Below, piece by piece: positions 11,350-23,901 of a DNA stretch of 64,000 nucleotides. The notes beneath the pieces were generated by a model, which was given only the letters and a program-made list of their open reading frames with translations, searched no databases and was not told where the DNA came from. The translations under genes and the position numbers were made by a program. The stretch covers positions 285,377 through 349,376 of the forward strand of contig CAVVEH010000003.1 of NCBI GenBank assembly GCA_963747265.1, in the 5' to 3' direction. Every line of letters starts with the position of its first letter. Within the stretch, counting starts at the first letter, position 1. The stretch comes from an uncultured beta proteobacterium (GTDB taxonomy: Bacteria > Pseudomonadota > Gammaproteobacteria > Burkholderiales > Casimicrobiaceae).

Positions 11350-12248
11350 ATGCCGGCGGCGCCGCGATTTCGCTGCGGCCACGTGGCCATTGTCGGCCGG
11401 CCGAGCGTGGGCAAGTCGACGCTGCTCAACGCGCTGATCGGCCAGAAGATCAGCATCACGTCGAAGAAGCCGCAGACCACCCGCTACCGCATCACCGGCA
11501 TCGCGACCGACCCGAGAGTGCGCAGTTCGTGTTCGTCGATACGCCGGGCTTCCAGACCAAGCATCGCTCGCGCCTGAACGACCGCCTGAATCGCGCGGTG
11601 CGCGAAAGCCTGGCCGACGTCGACGCGGTGGTCCTGGTCCTCGATGCCGACGCGCACTCACGCCCGCCGACTGGCCGTCGTCGACGCTGCTGCCGCGCTG
11701 GCGTCCCGGTCATCGCCGCCGTGAACAAGGTGGACACGCTCGCCGACAAGGCCGCCTTCATGCCGCGACTCGCGGAGATCGCGCAGCTGCATCCGTTTGC
11801 CGCGATCGTGCCCGTCTCCGCGGAAAAGGGCACGCAGCTCGCCGCGCTCAAGGCCGAGATCGCGAAGGCGCTGCCCGGTCCGACGCGGCATCGTATCCGG
11901 ACGACGATCTGACCGATCGCGACGAGCGCTTTCTCGCCGCGGAGTTCATCCGCGAAAAGATCTTTCGCCTGCTGGGCGACGAGGTTCCGTACGCGACGAC
12001 GGTGGCGCATCGACAAGTTCGAGCTGGATGGCGCGTTGCGGCGCATTCACGCGACGGTCTACGTGGACAAGGCCAGCCAGCGCGCGATCCTGCTGGGCGA
12101 GGGCGGCGCGCAGATGAAGGCGATCGCCACGCACGCGCGCTCGGACATGGAGAAGCTCTTCGGCGGCCCGGTGTTCCTCGAAGTCTGGGTGCGCGTCAAG
12201 AGCGGCTGGGCCGACACCGACGCGTCGCTCGCGCGGTTCGGGTACTGA
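11350..12248 (+). CDS. era: GTPase Era, frameshifted
   Basis: [45 protein letters not shown]. Confidence 0.94.
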
Positions 12249-12255
12249 GGGCGCG

Positions 12256-13037
12256 ATGGCAATGGCCGCGCGCCAGCCCACCGAACAGCGGGACGCACCA
12301 GGCGGCGTTCGTGCTGCACACCTACGCGTATCGCGAGACGAGCCTCATCGTCGAGACGTTCACCGCCGACCACGGCCGCGTCGCGATGGTGGCGCGCGGC
12401 GCCAAGCGTCCGCGCTCGGAGACGCGCGGACTGCTGCAGGCGTTCCAGCCGCTCGATGCTGTCGTGGGCGGGCGCCGGCGAACTGAAGACGCTGCTCAAG
12501 GCGGAATGGGGCGGCGGCCTGCCGCTGCCGCGCGGTGCGGCGCTGCTGTGCGGCTTCTACTTGAACGAACTGCTGCTCAAGCTGCTGGCGCGCGAAGATC
12601 CGCATCCGGCGCTGTTCCACGACTACCACGACGCGCTGGCCGCGCTGGGCGAAATGGCCTCGGTTGCCGAGCAGGGGGCGGTGTTGCGGCGCTTCGAACT
12701 GCGGCTGCTGGCCGAACTGGGCTACGCGCTGCCGCTGACGCACGATGCCGATACCGGCGCCGCGATCGATCCGGCCGCGCGCTACCATTACGACTTCGGT
12801 CGCGGCCCGCGCGCGGTGATGGCGAACGTCGCGCGGGAACCGGGAAGGCGATACCCGCACATCCGCGGCGCCACGCTGCTGGGACTGGCCGCGAACGCCT
12901 TTCCCGATGCCGCGACCGCCGCCGAGGCCAAGCGCCTGATGCGCGACGTGCTGGACCATTACCTCGAGGAGCGGCGCATTTTCAGCCGGCGCGTCGTGCA
13001 GGACCTGCAGGCGATCGACGAAGAAAGCGAACCCTAG
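12256..13037 (+). CDS. recO: DNA repair protein RecO, frameshifted
   Basis: [43 protein letters not shown]; follows era. Confidence 0.92.
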
Positions 13038-13049
13038 GACAGGCTCCCG

Positions 13050-13807
13050 ATGATCGAACTTGGCGTGAACATCGACCACGTCGCCACGCTGCGGCAGGCG
13101 CGGCGCACGTACGAACCCGATCCGGTCTGGGCCGCCGTCGAGGCGCACCTGGGCGGCGCGGACGGCATCACCGTGCACCTGCGCGAGGATCGCCGGCACA
13201 TCCAGGACGAGGATGTGCGCCGCCTGCGCGAACTCGTGCACATCAAGCTCAATCTCGAGATGGCGGCGACGGACGAGATGCTCGGCATCGCCTGCAAGCT
13301 GCGGCCGGAGATGGCCATGCTCGTTCCCGAAGGGCGCCACGAGATCACGACCGAAGGCGGACTCGACGTGGCGGGGCAGGAAGCGAAGCTCAAGGCGGCG
13401 GTCGCGCGCCTGGCCGATGCCGGCATCGTGACGTCGGTGTTCATCGACGCGCTGCCGGCGCAGATCGACGCGGCGGCGCGGATCGGCGCCAAGGTTTGCG
13501 AAATCCACACCGGGCCTTACGCGCACGCATTCCACGCCAAGGGCCGCGATCCGGAAGGTCCCGCCGTGGTCGCCGAACTCGCGAAGATCCGCGCGGCCGG
13601 CGAGGCCGTGCGCGGTCACGGCATGCGCTTCAACGCCGGCCACGCGCTCAACTATTTCAACGTGCAGCCGGTCGCGCGCTGCCGGGCGTGCGCGAGCTGC
13701 ACATCGGCCACGCGATCGTGTCGCGCGCCGTGTTCGTCGGCTTGCGCGAAGCCGTGCGGCAGATGAAGGCGCTGCTGCGCGAAGCGGCTGCCGCCGGCCA
13801 GTCCTGA
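13050..13807 (+). CDS. pdxJ: Pyridoxine 5'-phosphate synthase (frameshift near 13680)
   Basis: [48 protein letters not shown]. Confidence 0.95.
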
Positions 13808-13822
13808 TGACGGCGCATCGCC

Positions 13823-14788
13823 TTGAGCGAACTCCAATCGGCACGCGGCCCGGTCGTCCTGGGCATCGAAGGCCTGACGCTTACCGACGCCGACCGCTCG
13901 CGACTGCTGCATCCGCTGGCCGGCGGCGTCGATCCTGTTCTCGCGCAACTTCGAATCCAGCGCGCAGCTGCGTGCGCTGACCGCGTCGATCCGCGCGCTG
14001 CGCACGCCGGCGCTGCTCATCTGCGTCGACCACGAAGGCGGGCGCGTCCAGCGTTTCCGCGACGGATTCACGGCGATTCCGCGCGATGCGCACGCTGGGC
14101 GAATTGTGGGAACGCGATGTCGCCGCGGCCGCCGCCGAGGCGTAGCGGCTGGGCCAGGTGCTGGCGCGCGAATTGCGCGCGCATGGCGTCGACTTCAGCT
14201 TCACGCCGGTGCTCGATCTCGATTTCGGCGCGAGCGCCGTGATCGGCGATCGCGCGTTCCACGGCAATCCCAACGCGGTCGCGCATCTGGCGTCCTGCCT
14301 CAGGCGCGGCCTCAACGCCGGCGGCTGCGCCGCGCGTGGGCAAGCACTTTCCCGGACACGGTTTCGTCGCCGCGGATTCGCACGTCGACCTCCCGGTGGA
14401 CGAACGCTCGCTCGACGCGCTGCTTGCCGACGACCTCATTCCCTTCGCGGTGCTGGCGAAGGAAGGGCTCGAGGCCGTGATGCCCGCGCACGTGATCTAT
14501 CCGGCGGTCGACGACGTCGCCGCCGGCTTTTCGCGGATCTGGCTGCAGGACATCCTGCGCGGACGCTTGAAGTTCGACGGGCTCATCTTCTCCGACGACC
14601 TGGGCATGGCGGGCGCGCATTGCCGCGGGCGACATCGTCGCGCGCGCGGAAGCCGCCGTCGCGGCGGGCTGCGACATGGTGCTCAGTCTGCAACGATCAC
14701 GCGGCGACCGACGACCTGCTGGCGCGCTGGAAGCCGGCCGCGCAACCGGATCTCGCGCGCCGCGCCGCGCGGATGGAGGGCGAAGTAG
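13823..14788 (+). CDS. nagZ: Beta-N-acetylhexosaminidase NagZ (GH3), frameshifted
   Basis: [40 protein letters not shown]. Confidence 0.93.
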
Positions 14789-14827
14789 GTGTCAGTTCGG
14801 CGCCCGCTTCTCGGCGACGTGAGCACT

Positions 14828-14856
14828 AAAACGCCGCCGTCGCAGGCGGCGCTTTC
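14828..14856. terminator. Likely bidirectional intrinsic terminator between nagZ and iclR
   Basis: AAAA-CGCCGCC-gtcgca-GGCGGCG-CTTT. Confidence 0.6.
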
Positions 14857-14879
14857 GCATTTCGGTGTTGCGCGATTGC

Positions 14880-15716
14880 CTACCTTCCGTGCGGCCACTT
14901 GCCCCCGAGCCGGCGCGTCAGCTCCTCGGCCGTGTGCGCGACGAGCGGCCCCAGTTGCTTGATGCGCTCGTCCGGCAGCCGCGACGACGGTCCGGCCAGC
15001 GAAATCGCGCCCAGCGTCTCCGCGTGCTCGTCGTAGATCGGCGCGGCGACGCAGCGCGTGCCGATCGCGTGCTCCTCGTCGTCGAACGACCAGCCGCGCT
15101 GGCGGATGACGCGAATGCTCGCCCACATCGTCTCCGGCGTCGTGATCGTGTTGCCGGTGATGCGCGGCAGGCCGCGGACCTTGAGGATCGCGTCGATCTG
15201 GTCGTCGGGGAGCGACGCGAAGATCGCCTTGCCGACGCCGGACGCGTGCAGCGGCGCCCGGCTGCCGAGCTTGACGATCGTGCGCATCATCTCGCGGCAC
15301 TGGACCTGGTCGACGAAGACCGCTTCGGTGCCGTCGAGGATCGCCAGGTTGACCGTTTCTCCCGACTGGTCCATCAGCCGGCGCATGTACGGATGGCTTT
15401 GCGCGACGAAGTCGCGGCTGGACAGGAAGCTCGAGCCGACGGCGAACGCCTGCAGCCCGACGTACCAGCGGCCCAGTTCGCCGGCCTGGTACACGTAGCC
15501 CATCTTCTCCAGCGTGGCGAGCAGCCGGTGCACCGTCGACGGCGGCAACTGCACGCGCTGGCCGACGTCGGTCAGCGTGAGGCCGCCTTCGGCCTTGGCG
15601 AGGCATTCGAGGATCGACAGGCCGCGCGTGAGGCTTTGCACCTGGCCGGTGACGGCCCCGGTCTTGCCGGGCGTGCGGCCGCGCTTGGGCGGCAAGGTTC
15701 CAGGACGATGGGTCAT
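14880..15716 (-). CDS. iclR: IclR-family regulator close to IclR/BhcR (glyoxylate-responsive type)
   Basis: [40 protein letters not shown] resemble E. coli IclR. Confidence 0.8.
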   Translation of the reverse strand: MTHRPGTLPPKRGRTPGKTGAVTGQVQSLTRGLSILECLAKAEGGLTLTDVGQRVQLPPSTVHRLLATLEKMGYVYQAGELGRWYVGLQAFAVGSSFLSSRDFVAQSHPYMRRLMDQSGETVNLAILDGTEAVFVDQVQCREMMRTIVKLGSRAPLHASGVGKAIFASLPDDQIDAILKVRGLPRITGNTITTPETMWASIRVIRQRGWSFDDEEHAIGTRCVAAPIYDEHAETLGAISLAGPSSRLPDERIKQLGPLVAHTAEELTRRLGGKWPHGR

Positions 15717-15735
15717 CGGGACGTCGCGTACTGCT

Positions 15736-16476
<741 letters not shown>

Positions 16477-16487
16477 GGGATCCGTTG

Positions 16488-17598
16488 TCAGTGCGCGTGG
16501 CCGACGTTGAGGTGCCGCTCGACCCACTGGCTGTAGCGCGACATCGCGAAGCAGAACGTCCAGTAGATCGCGGCGATGAACAGGTAGCCTTCGAGATAGA
16601 ACTGCCGCCAGTCGGCATCGCCGCCCAGCGCCAGCGCCAGCGACCCGGTCAGGTCGTAGAGGCTGACGATCGTGACCAGCGACGTGTCCTTGAACGTGCT
16701 GATGAAGCTGTTCATGATCGACGGCACGACCATCCGCAGCGCCTGCGGCAGGACGATCTTGCGCTGCGTCTGCCAGTACGAGAGCCCCATCGCCGCCGCC
16801 GCCTCGTACTGGCCCTTGGGGATCGCCTGCAGGCCGCCGCGCACGACTTCGGCCAGGTAGGCGGCGGCGAACAGCGTGATGCCGACCAGCACGCGCAGCA
16901 GCACGTCGATCGTGATGCCCTGCGGCATGAACAGCGGGAACATGAACGACGCCATGAACAGCACGGAGATGAGCGGCACGCCGCGGATCAGCTCGACGTA
17001 GACGATGCACAGCGTGCGGATCGCGGGCAGGTGCGAGCGCCGCCCCAGCGCCACGAAGATCGCGATGCGGAAAGGCCGCGGCGATGCCCAGCGTGGACAG
17101 CAGCATCGTCAGCGGCACGCCGCCCCAGCGCGCGGTCTCGACCGGCGTCAGGCCGGCGACGCCGCCGCGCATCAGCACGAAGAAGACCGCCAGCACGACG
17201 AGCCACGCCGACGACGAGCCAGCGGCTCCACAGCACGCGCGTGCAGCTCGCGACCAGCATCGCCACCATCAGCAGCGTGGCGACCAGCGGCCGCCATTGC
17301 TCGTCGAACGGATAGCGGCCGAACAGGATCAGCCGGTATTTCTCGGCGATCACGCCCCAGCAGGCGCCGGAATGGTCCAGCGCGCGGCACGCCGCGTTGT
17401 CGGGCCGGGTGACGGCGCGGACAATCGCCCAGTCGACGAAGTCCGGCAGCCAGCGCAGCGACGAGCGCCGCGACCAGCAGCGTGGCCAGCGTGCTCTTCC
17501 AGTCGGCGAAGAGGTTGGCGCGCAGCCACGCGAGCCAGCCCGTCGTGCGCACCGGCGGCGGCCGCGGCGATGACGGGGGCGTGCAGCGTCGTGTCCAC
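16488..17598 (-). CDS. aapM: Amino acid ABC transporter permease, frameshifted
   Basis: [37 protein letters not shown]. Confidence 0.85.
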
Positions 17599-17599
17599 G

Positions 17600-18769
17600 T
17601 CAGCGTTCCCTGATCGCGAGCGCGCGCGTTGTACCAGTTCATGAGCGCGGCGGTGACCAGCGACAGCGTCAGGTACACCGCCATGATGACGGCGATGCAC
17701 TCGACGGCGCGCCCGGTCTGGTTCAGCGTCGTGTTGGAGATCGACACCAGGTCCGGGTAGCCGACGGCCACGGCGAGCGACGAGTTCTTGGTGAGGTTGA
17801 GGTACTGGTTGGTCAGCGGCGGAATGATCACGCGCAACGCCTGCGGCAGCAGCACGAGCTTCAACGCCTGGCCGCGCGAGAGTCCCAGCGCGCCCGCCGC
17901 CTCCGTCTGGCCCCACGCCACCGACTGGATGCCCGAGCGCACGATCTCGGCGACGAACGACGGCGGTGTAGATCGTGAGTCCGATGGTGACGGCCAGGAA
18001 TTCCGGCGTCACTGCGCCGCCGCCCGCGACGTTGAAGTCGTTGCGCTCCGGCATTTCCAGCGCCGTCGGCGCGCCGCCGGCGAGCCAGCCGATCAGCGTG
18101 CCGGCGACGACGATGGCGCAGCGCCGGCCAGAACATGGGCCGGGCGATGCCGGTGCGCTCGAATGCTGCCCGCGCCCAGCGGCGATAGAGCCACGCGCCG
18201 GCCAGCCCCAGCGCGAACCCGACGGCCGTCACCAGATGGCCCTGCCCCCATTCGGGAACCGGGAACGACATGCCGCTCTTGCTCAGGAAGACGCCCGGCA
18301 GCGGATGCAGCGCGTCGGACACCGGAGGCAGCCACTCGTTGAGCACGAAGTACCACATCAGCAGCTGCAGCAGCACCGGAATGTTGCGGAACAGTTCGAC
18401 GTATCCGGTGCACAGGCCGCGCAGCAGGAAGTTGCGCGACAGCCGGCCGATGCCGATCAGCGTGCCGAGGATGGTGGTGAGCACGATGCCGACGACGGCC
18501 GCGCGCAGCGTGTTGGCGAGGCCGACCAGGAAGGCCTTCCAGTACGGGTCGGCCGAGTCGAACGCGAAGACGCTCTCGCCGATGTCGAAGCCGGCGGGCT
18601 GCGTGAAGAAGCCGAAGCCGCTCTGGATGCCGCGCACCCGCATGTTTTCCAGCGTGTTGTGCGCCAGGAACCAGACGGCGGCGGCGATCACCGCCACCGC
18701 CACCGCCTGGTAGATGAGGCCGCGCGTGGCCCGGCTGCGCCAGGACCAGTCGCGGCGCTTGGCAGCCAT
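17600..18769 (-). CDS. aapQ: Amino acid ABC transporter permease, frameshifted
   Basis: GIQSGFGF..PAGFDIGE, YVELFRNIP, QYLNLTKNSSLAVAVGYPDL. Confidence 0.85.
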
Positions 18770-18791
18770 GCTGCGGAGGCTGCCAGGCGCG

Positions 18792-19827
18792 CTAGCGAAT
18801 CGGCATCGCGTACTGGATGCCGCCCTTGTTCCACAGGTTGTTGAGGCCGCGCGGCAGTTTCAGCGCCGACTGCGGGCCGACGTTGCGCTCGAAGATCTCG
18901 CCGTAGTTGCCGACGGCCTTGATCGCGCGGTACGCCCACTCCTTGTCCAGGCCCAGCAGCTTGCCGGTGTCCTCGGACGTGCCCAGGATGCGCTGCACCG
19001 GCGGATCCTGGCTCGACTTCATCTGGTCGACGTTCGCCTGCGTGATGCCGTATTCCTCGGCCTCGAGCAGCGCGTAGATCGCCCACTTGACGATGGCGAA
19101 CCATTCGTCGTCGCCGCGCCGGACCATCGGACCCAGCGGCTCCTTGGAGATGAGTTCGGGCAGGATCACGTAGTCGTCGGGGTTCTGGCGCTTCCTTGTT
19201 GCGGATCGAGGCCAGGCCGGACGCGTCGGTCGTGTACGCCTGGCAGCGGCCCGAGAAGAACGCCTTGACGCTGGCTTCGAAGCCCTCGAACACGACGGGC
19301 TTGATCTTGACGTTGATCGACTTGAAGTAGTCGGTCAGGTTCTTTTCGGTCGTGGTGCCCGACTGCACGCAGACTTCGGCATTCTTGAGCTGCTTGGCGC
19401 TGGTGATCTTCGACTTCTTGGGCACGATGAAGCCCTGGCCGTCGTAGTAGGTGACCACGGTGTCATAGAGGCCGAGCGACGCGTCGCGCGTCAGCGTGAA
19501 CGTGGTGTTGCGCGACAGGATGTCGACTTCGCCCGACTGCAGGGCGGTGAAGCGCTGCTGCGCGTTGAGCGGCACCCACTTGATCTTCTTCGCGTCGCCC
19601 AGCACGGCGGCGGCGATGGCCTTGCAGACGTCGACGTCGAGGCCGTTCCAGTTGCCCTGGCTGTCGGCCGCGGAGAAGCCGGCGAGGCCGGTGTTGACGC
19701 CGCAGACGACCTGGTCGCGCTGCTTGATCGCGTCCAGCGTCTTGCCGGCGTGCGCGTGGGCGGCGAACACTGCTGCACCGAAGGCCAGCAGCGACGCGGA
19801 AAAGATCTGGAGGGCGGGTTTTCGCAT
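18792..19827 (-). CDS. aapJ: Amino acid ABC transporter substrate-binding protein (frameshift near 19185)
   Basis: Signal peptide, CGVNTGLAGFS, RFTALQSGEVDILSRNTT, ISKEPLGP, GNYGEIFERN. Confidence 0.9.
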
Positions 19828-19905
19828 GGGGACTCTCCTCGAAGGGAAGCGTGGGTGCCTGCAGGGCCTGCGTATGGACGAAGGCTTTGGGCCCTGTCGG
19901 GCGGG

Positions 19906-19934
19906 ATAATGACAAACCTGGCCGCGCAACACAA
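19906..19934 (-). promoter_or_regulatory. Possible sigma-70 promoter of aapJ
   Basis: Minus strand TTGTGT-N17-CATTAT. Confidence 0.35.
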
Positions 19935-19984
19935 TTGCGCCGTGTGCTCCGGGTCGCCGCAAGGGCGGGCGGCGGGCGCTGCCA

Positions 19985-22408
19985 TCAGGTCAGTTTGACA
20001 TGCGGGGTGACGGCGAAGACGATGCCCGCGATGTCCACTTGATAGCGGGCCGCGAGCAGGGCCGCGTCCGTCAGCGGCTCTTCCGCCCGGGCGTAGCCCA
20101 TCGCGACCGCGCGGCCGTGCTTGCGGCTGTAGCCGGCCGATGTCAGTTCGCCGACGTTGCGCCCGTCCATCAGGATGGGCTCGCCTCCCCACGGGAAGGC
20201 CGCGGGATCGTCGAACGTGAACATCACGAGGCGCTTGCGAATGCCGGCGTCGCGCTTTTGCGCGAGCGCGTTGCGGCCGATGAACGGCGCCGCCTTGTCC
20301 ATCTTTACTGCATAGGCGAGGCCGGCTTCCCATGGTGTTTCGTCGGGAGAGAGTTCCGGCCCCCAGGCACGGCGCCCGGCTTCGATGCGCAGCGCGTCGA
20401 TCGTGTAGTAACCGGCGTCCTTGAGGCCGTACGCCGCGCCCACGCTCCACAACGCGTCATAGAGCGTCACGCACTGGTCGGTGGGCACGACCATCTCGTA
20501 CCCGGGACCGCCGACGTAACTCATGCGCGCGGCACGCACGCGGGCGTGGCCGACGTCGATTTCCGCCGTCATCGAAAACGGCAGCCCGGCCTTCGACAGG
20601 TCGTCCGGCGAAAGCTGCGCCAGCAGCGCTTCCGACTTGGGCCCCATCAGCGAGATCACCGAATAGGCGCTGGTCACGTCGACCAGCGCCGCGAATTCGC
20701 TCGGATCGACGTGGCGCTCGATCCACGATGCGTCGCGTGTCGCCTGGCCGGAGCCCGTCAGGATGAAGAACGCGTCGGGGGCCAGGCGCGTGATGGTCAG
20801 GTCGCTTTCGAATCCGCCGCGCTCGTTGAGCATCGCCGTATAGACCATCTTGCCGACGGGCACGTCGATGTCGTTGGCGCACAGACGCTGCAGGACGGCC
20901 AGCGCGTCGCGGCCCTTCAGGATGAACTTGGAAAACGACGTCTGGTCGAACACTACGACGTCCTCGCGGCAGGCGCGCTGCTCCTCGAGCACGAAGGGGA
21001 GCCAGCCGGGCGTGCCGAACGTGTAGGGCGGCTCGGTCGCGCCCGGTGGCAGGAAGTAGTTGGCGCGCTCCCAGTTGAGCTTGGTGCCGAACACGGCGCG
21101 CTTCGCCTTCAGGCGGTCATAGAGCGGCGATCGGCGCAGCGGGCGCACCGTTTGCAATTCCTCGCGCGGCCAGCGCATCGCATAGTGGAGACCGAGTGAT
21201 TCGACCGTGCGGTCGGCCAGGTGCTTGCGGTTCGCATGAAAAGGTGCAAAGCGCCGGATGTCGACATCCCACAGGTCCAGCGGCGCCTCGCCGCCTGAGA
21301 TCCATTCGGCGATCAGCCGGCCCGCGCCGCCGGAATTGGCGATGCCTGCCGAGTTGAATCCGGCGCACACGAAGTAGCCGGCGACTTCCGGCGCTTCGCC
21401 CAGGATGAAGTTGCCGTCGCCGGTGAAGCTCTCCGGGCCGTTGAGCAGCATCTTGATCTCAGCGGTTTCCAGGCACGGCGTACGGTGGATCGCGTTCTCC
21501 ATCAGGATCTCGAACTGGTCCCAGTCCTCCGGAAGGAGCTGGAATTCGAAGTTGTCCGGAATGCGCGGCGGATTCCACGGCTTGGCGACAGGCTCGAAGC
21601 CGCCCATGACGAGCCCACCGACTTCTTCCTTGTAGTAGATGAACCCGTCGGGATCGCGGATGACCGGCAGCGCGGGCGTCACGCCCGGGATGGCCTTGGT
21701 GACGATGTAGAAGTGCTCGGCGGAATAGAGCGGGACGTTCACGCCGGCGAGACGCCCGAATTCGCGCGCCCACTGGCCGCCGCAGTTGACGAGTGTTTCG
21801 CAGGCGATTTCGCCTTCGCCATCGCCGCGCTTCCAGTGAACGCCCGTGACGCGGCCGCGCCCGGTGCGGACGGCCGTCACCTTGACGCCCTCGAAGATCG
21901 TGGCGCCGCGCTGCCGTGCGCCCTTGGCCAGCGACTGCGTGAGATCGGTCGGATTGGCCTTGCCGTCGCCGGGAATCCACACGGCCCCGGCAAGGTCGTC
22001 GGTACGAAGGATCGGCGCGATCTTTCCCGCCTCGGAAGGCGACACGTAGTCGAACGCGATGCCGAAGCTCTTCGCGCGCGCCATCTGCCGCTTGATGAGC
22101 TGCATCCGCTCCGGCGTCTTGGCGACGTTCAAGCTGCCGCACTGCTTCCACCCGGTGGCAAGACCGGTCTCCTGCTCGAGTGTCGAGTAGAGCTCGATCC
22201 CGTATTGGCTCATCCGCGTCGCGTTGCGCGTCGCCCGCGTTTGCCCGACGAGCCCGGCCGCGTGCCACGTGGTTCCGCACGTCAGCCGTCCCTGTTCGAG
22301 CAGCACGACATCGGTGATGCCCATCTTCGCCAGGTGATAGGCCGTCGACGCGCCCGCGATGCCGCCGCCGACAACCACGACATGCGCCTGCGTGGGGAGA
22401 GTGCTCAT
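19985..22408 (-). CDS. GcvT-family FAD-dependent oxidoreductase (dimethylglycine/sarcosine dehydrogenase-like)
   Basis: GGGIAG FAD fold, GTTWHAAG covalent-flavin His motif, NGPESFT, C-terminal folate-binding GcvT domain ([17 protein letters not shown]). Confidence 0.9.
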   Translation of the reverse strand: MSTLPTQAHVVVVGGGIAGASTAYHLAKMGITDVVLLEQGRLTCGTTWHAAGLVGQTRATRNATRMSQYGIELYSTLEQETGLATGWKQCGSLNVAKTPERMQLIKRQMARAKSFGIAFDYVSPSEAGKIAPILRTDDLAGAVWIPGDGKANPTDLTQSLAKGARQRGATIFEGVKVTAVRTGRGRVTGVHWKRGDGEGEIACETLVNCGGQWAREFGRLAGVNVPLYSAEHFYIVTKAIPGVTPALPVIRDPDGFIYYKEEVGGLVMGGFEPVAKPWNPPRIPDNFEFQLLPEDWDQFEILMENAIHRTPCLETAEIKMLLNGPESFTGDGNFILGEAPEVAGYFVCAGFNSAGIANSGGAGRLIAEWISGGEAPLDLWDVDIRRFAPFHANRKHLADRTVESLGLHYAMRWPREELQTVRPLRRSPLYDRLKAKRAVFGTKLNWERANYFLPPGATEPPYTFGTPGWLPFVLEEQRACREDVVVFDQTSFSKFILKGRDALAVLQRLCANDIDVPVGKMVYTAMLNERGGFESDLTITRLAPDAFFILTGSGQATRDASWIERHVDPSEFAALVDVTSAYSVISLMGPKSEALLAQLSPDDLSKAGLPFSMTAEIDVGHARVRAARMSYVGGPGYEMVVPTDQCVTLYDALWSVGAAYGLKDAGYYTIDALRIEAGRRAWGPELSPDETPWEAGLAYAVKMDKAAPFIGRNALAQKRDAGIRKRLVMFTFDDPAAFPWGGEPILMDGRNVGELTSAGYSRKHGRAVAMGYARAEEPLTDAALLAARYQVDIAGIVFAVTPHVKLT

Positions 22409-22426
22409 GCGAAAAGGACGTCCGGT

Positions 22427-23272
22427 TCAGAGTTTGAGTGTGGCGACGCCGACAACGACGGTCGCGGCGCCGGCCAGGCGGGCGAGACCGAAGCCTTCCT
22501 TCAGCCACAGCGCGCCGATCAATGCGGCGAAGATTACCGAGGTCTCGCGCAAGGCGGAGACCGCGGCGATGGGCGCGCGCGTCATCGCCCACAGCACGAT
22601 GCCGTAGGCGGCCACGCTGCAAAAGCCCCCGGTAAGGCCGCGGCGCCACTGGTTGCGGACATACGCCGTTGCAGACGCGCCACGGCGCCTGCGGATCCAC
22701 GTGAGGAACACGATGCCCTCGATGAACGTGAGCCACAGCACGTAGCCGAGCGCATTGCCCGAAGCGCGGGCGCCGGCGCCGTCGACCAGCGTGTAGACGG
22801 CGATGATTGCGGCGTTGGCGAACGCCCAGTACGCCGCCGCGGGCGGATGGTGCTCGCGCCGGGCGAAGGCGATGCCGATGATGCCGATCGAGATGAGCGC
22901 GATGCCCGCGATCACATGCGCCGCCGGCAATTCGCGGAGGAAGACGGCGCCCAGGACGGTGACGATCAGTGGCGCGGAGCCGCGCATCAGCGGGTACGCG
23001 AACGAGAGGTCGCCGGTCCGGTATGCCTGGGCGAGCGTCAGGTAATACCCGAAATGGATGATCGTCGACGCCGCGATGAACGGCCACGCGCCCCTGTCCG
23101 GCAGCGGCAGGAACGGCAGCGCGACGAGCGAACACGCGGTCGACCCGGCGACGACCGTGGCGGTGTCCAGCAGCGGGTCGCCGCCGCCCGCCGATTTGAG
23201 CAGCGCGTTCCAGCCAGCATGAAGCAAGCCAGCGCCTAAGACCGCGAGTGTGACGCCGAGAGTGAGTTCCAC
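22427..23272 (-). CDS. EamA/DMT family transporter
   Basis: About 10 TM segments; LHAGWNALLK, AYRTGDLSFAYPLMRG, ALRETSV. Confidence 0.88.
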   Translation of the reverse strand: MELTLGVTLAVLGAGLLHAGWNALLKSAGGGDPLLDTATVVAGSTACSLVALPFLPLPDRGAWPFIAASTIIHFGYYLTLAQAYRTGDLSFAYPLMRGSAPLIVTVLGAVFLRELPAAHVIAGIALISIGIIGIAFARREHHPPAAAYWAFANAAIIAVYTLVDGAGARASGNALGYVLWLTFIEGIVFLTWIRRRRGASATAYVRNQWRRGLTGGFCSVAAYGIVLWAMTRAPIAAVSALRETSVIFAALIGALWLKEGFGLARLAGAATVVVGVATLKL

Positions 23273-23316
23273 GGGGTCTGGCGGTCTTCGGACGTGCTTT
23301 TAGCGCGGCGGCCGGC

Positions 23317-23895
23317 TTAGCGAATCGCGGAGGCGGGGGAGGCCGGGGAAGGGAGTGCCACGGCCTCCAGCGCCACCACGAAATGCGCGAGCGGCGGAGT
23401 CGCCTCGCCCGCCACCTTGGCCAGGTCGTCCCACAGCCGGACCCGTACGGCGTCCTCGGCAAGGGGCTGCCTGATGAACTCTTGCGCCTCTTCGACCGAA
23501 AAGATGCCACCCTGCAGCGCGAGGCTGCGCTTGGAGTCGGCGGAAAGCGCTTCGTAGTAGCCGTCGCGCGTCGCGCACAGGTAGCGCTTGGCATCGACGT
23601 GAAGCTGGATCGGCGTCAGCACGGCGTCCGGAAACTGCGTGCGGAGGAACGGCAACGCCGCGTACTGGTGCAGGTCGTCGACACCGCGCAGCGTCGGCGA
23701 CTCGCCCTGGTCGTTCAGCAGGTGGCCCAGGTCGTGCAGCAGCGCCGCGGCGACCAGTGCCGGAGGCGCGCCGTCGTTCTCAGCGCGCGCCGCCGTCTGC
23801 AGCGCGTGCTCGAGCTGCGTGACGGGCTCACCGTCATAGGCGCGGCCGCCTTTGCGCGCAAACAGGATGCAGATATCGGAGATCGACAGGGCCAT
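23317..23895 (-). CDS. phnZ: Phosphonate-degradation HD-domain diiron oxygenase (PhnZ/TmpB family)
   Basis: YDGEPVTQLEHALQ, LLHDLGH, HVDAKRYLC, SLALQGG, RLWDDLAK. Confidence 0.85.
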   Translation of the reverse strand: MALSISDICILFARKGGRAYDGEPVTQLEHALQTAARAENDGAPPALVAAALLHDLGHLLNDQGESPTLRGVDDLHQYAALPFLRTQFPDAVLTPIQLHVDAKRYLCATRDGYYEALSADSKRSLALQGGIFSVEEAQEFIRQPLAEDAVRVRLWDDLAKVAGEATPPLAHFVVALEAVALPSPASPASAIR

Positions 23896-23901
23896 CTTGG
23901 G

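Noticed and set aside
7362-14788. Pseudogenisation of lepA, rnc, era, recO, pdxJ and nagZ
   Set aside because: Motifs are intact on both sides of each break and several genes are core functions; simultaneous decay is implausible compared with indel errors.
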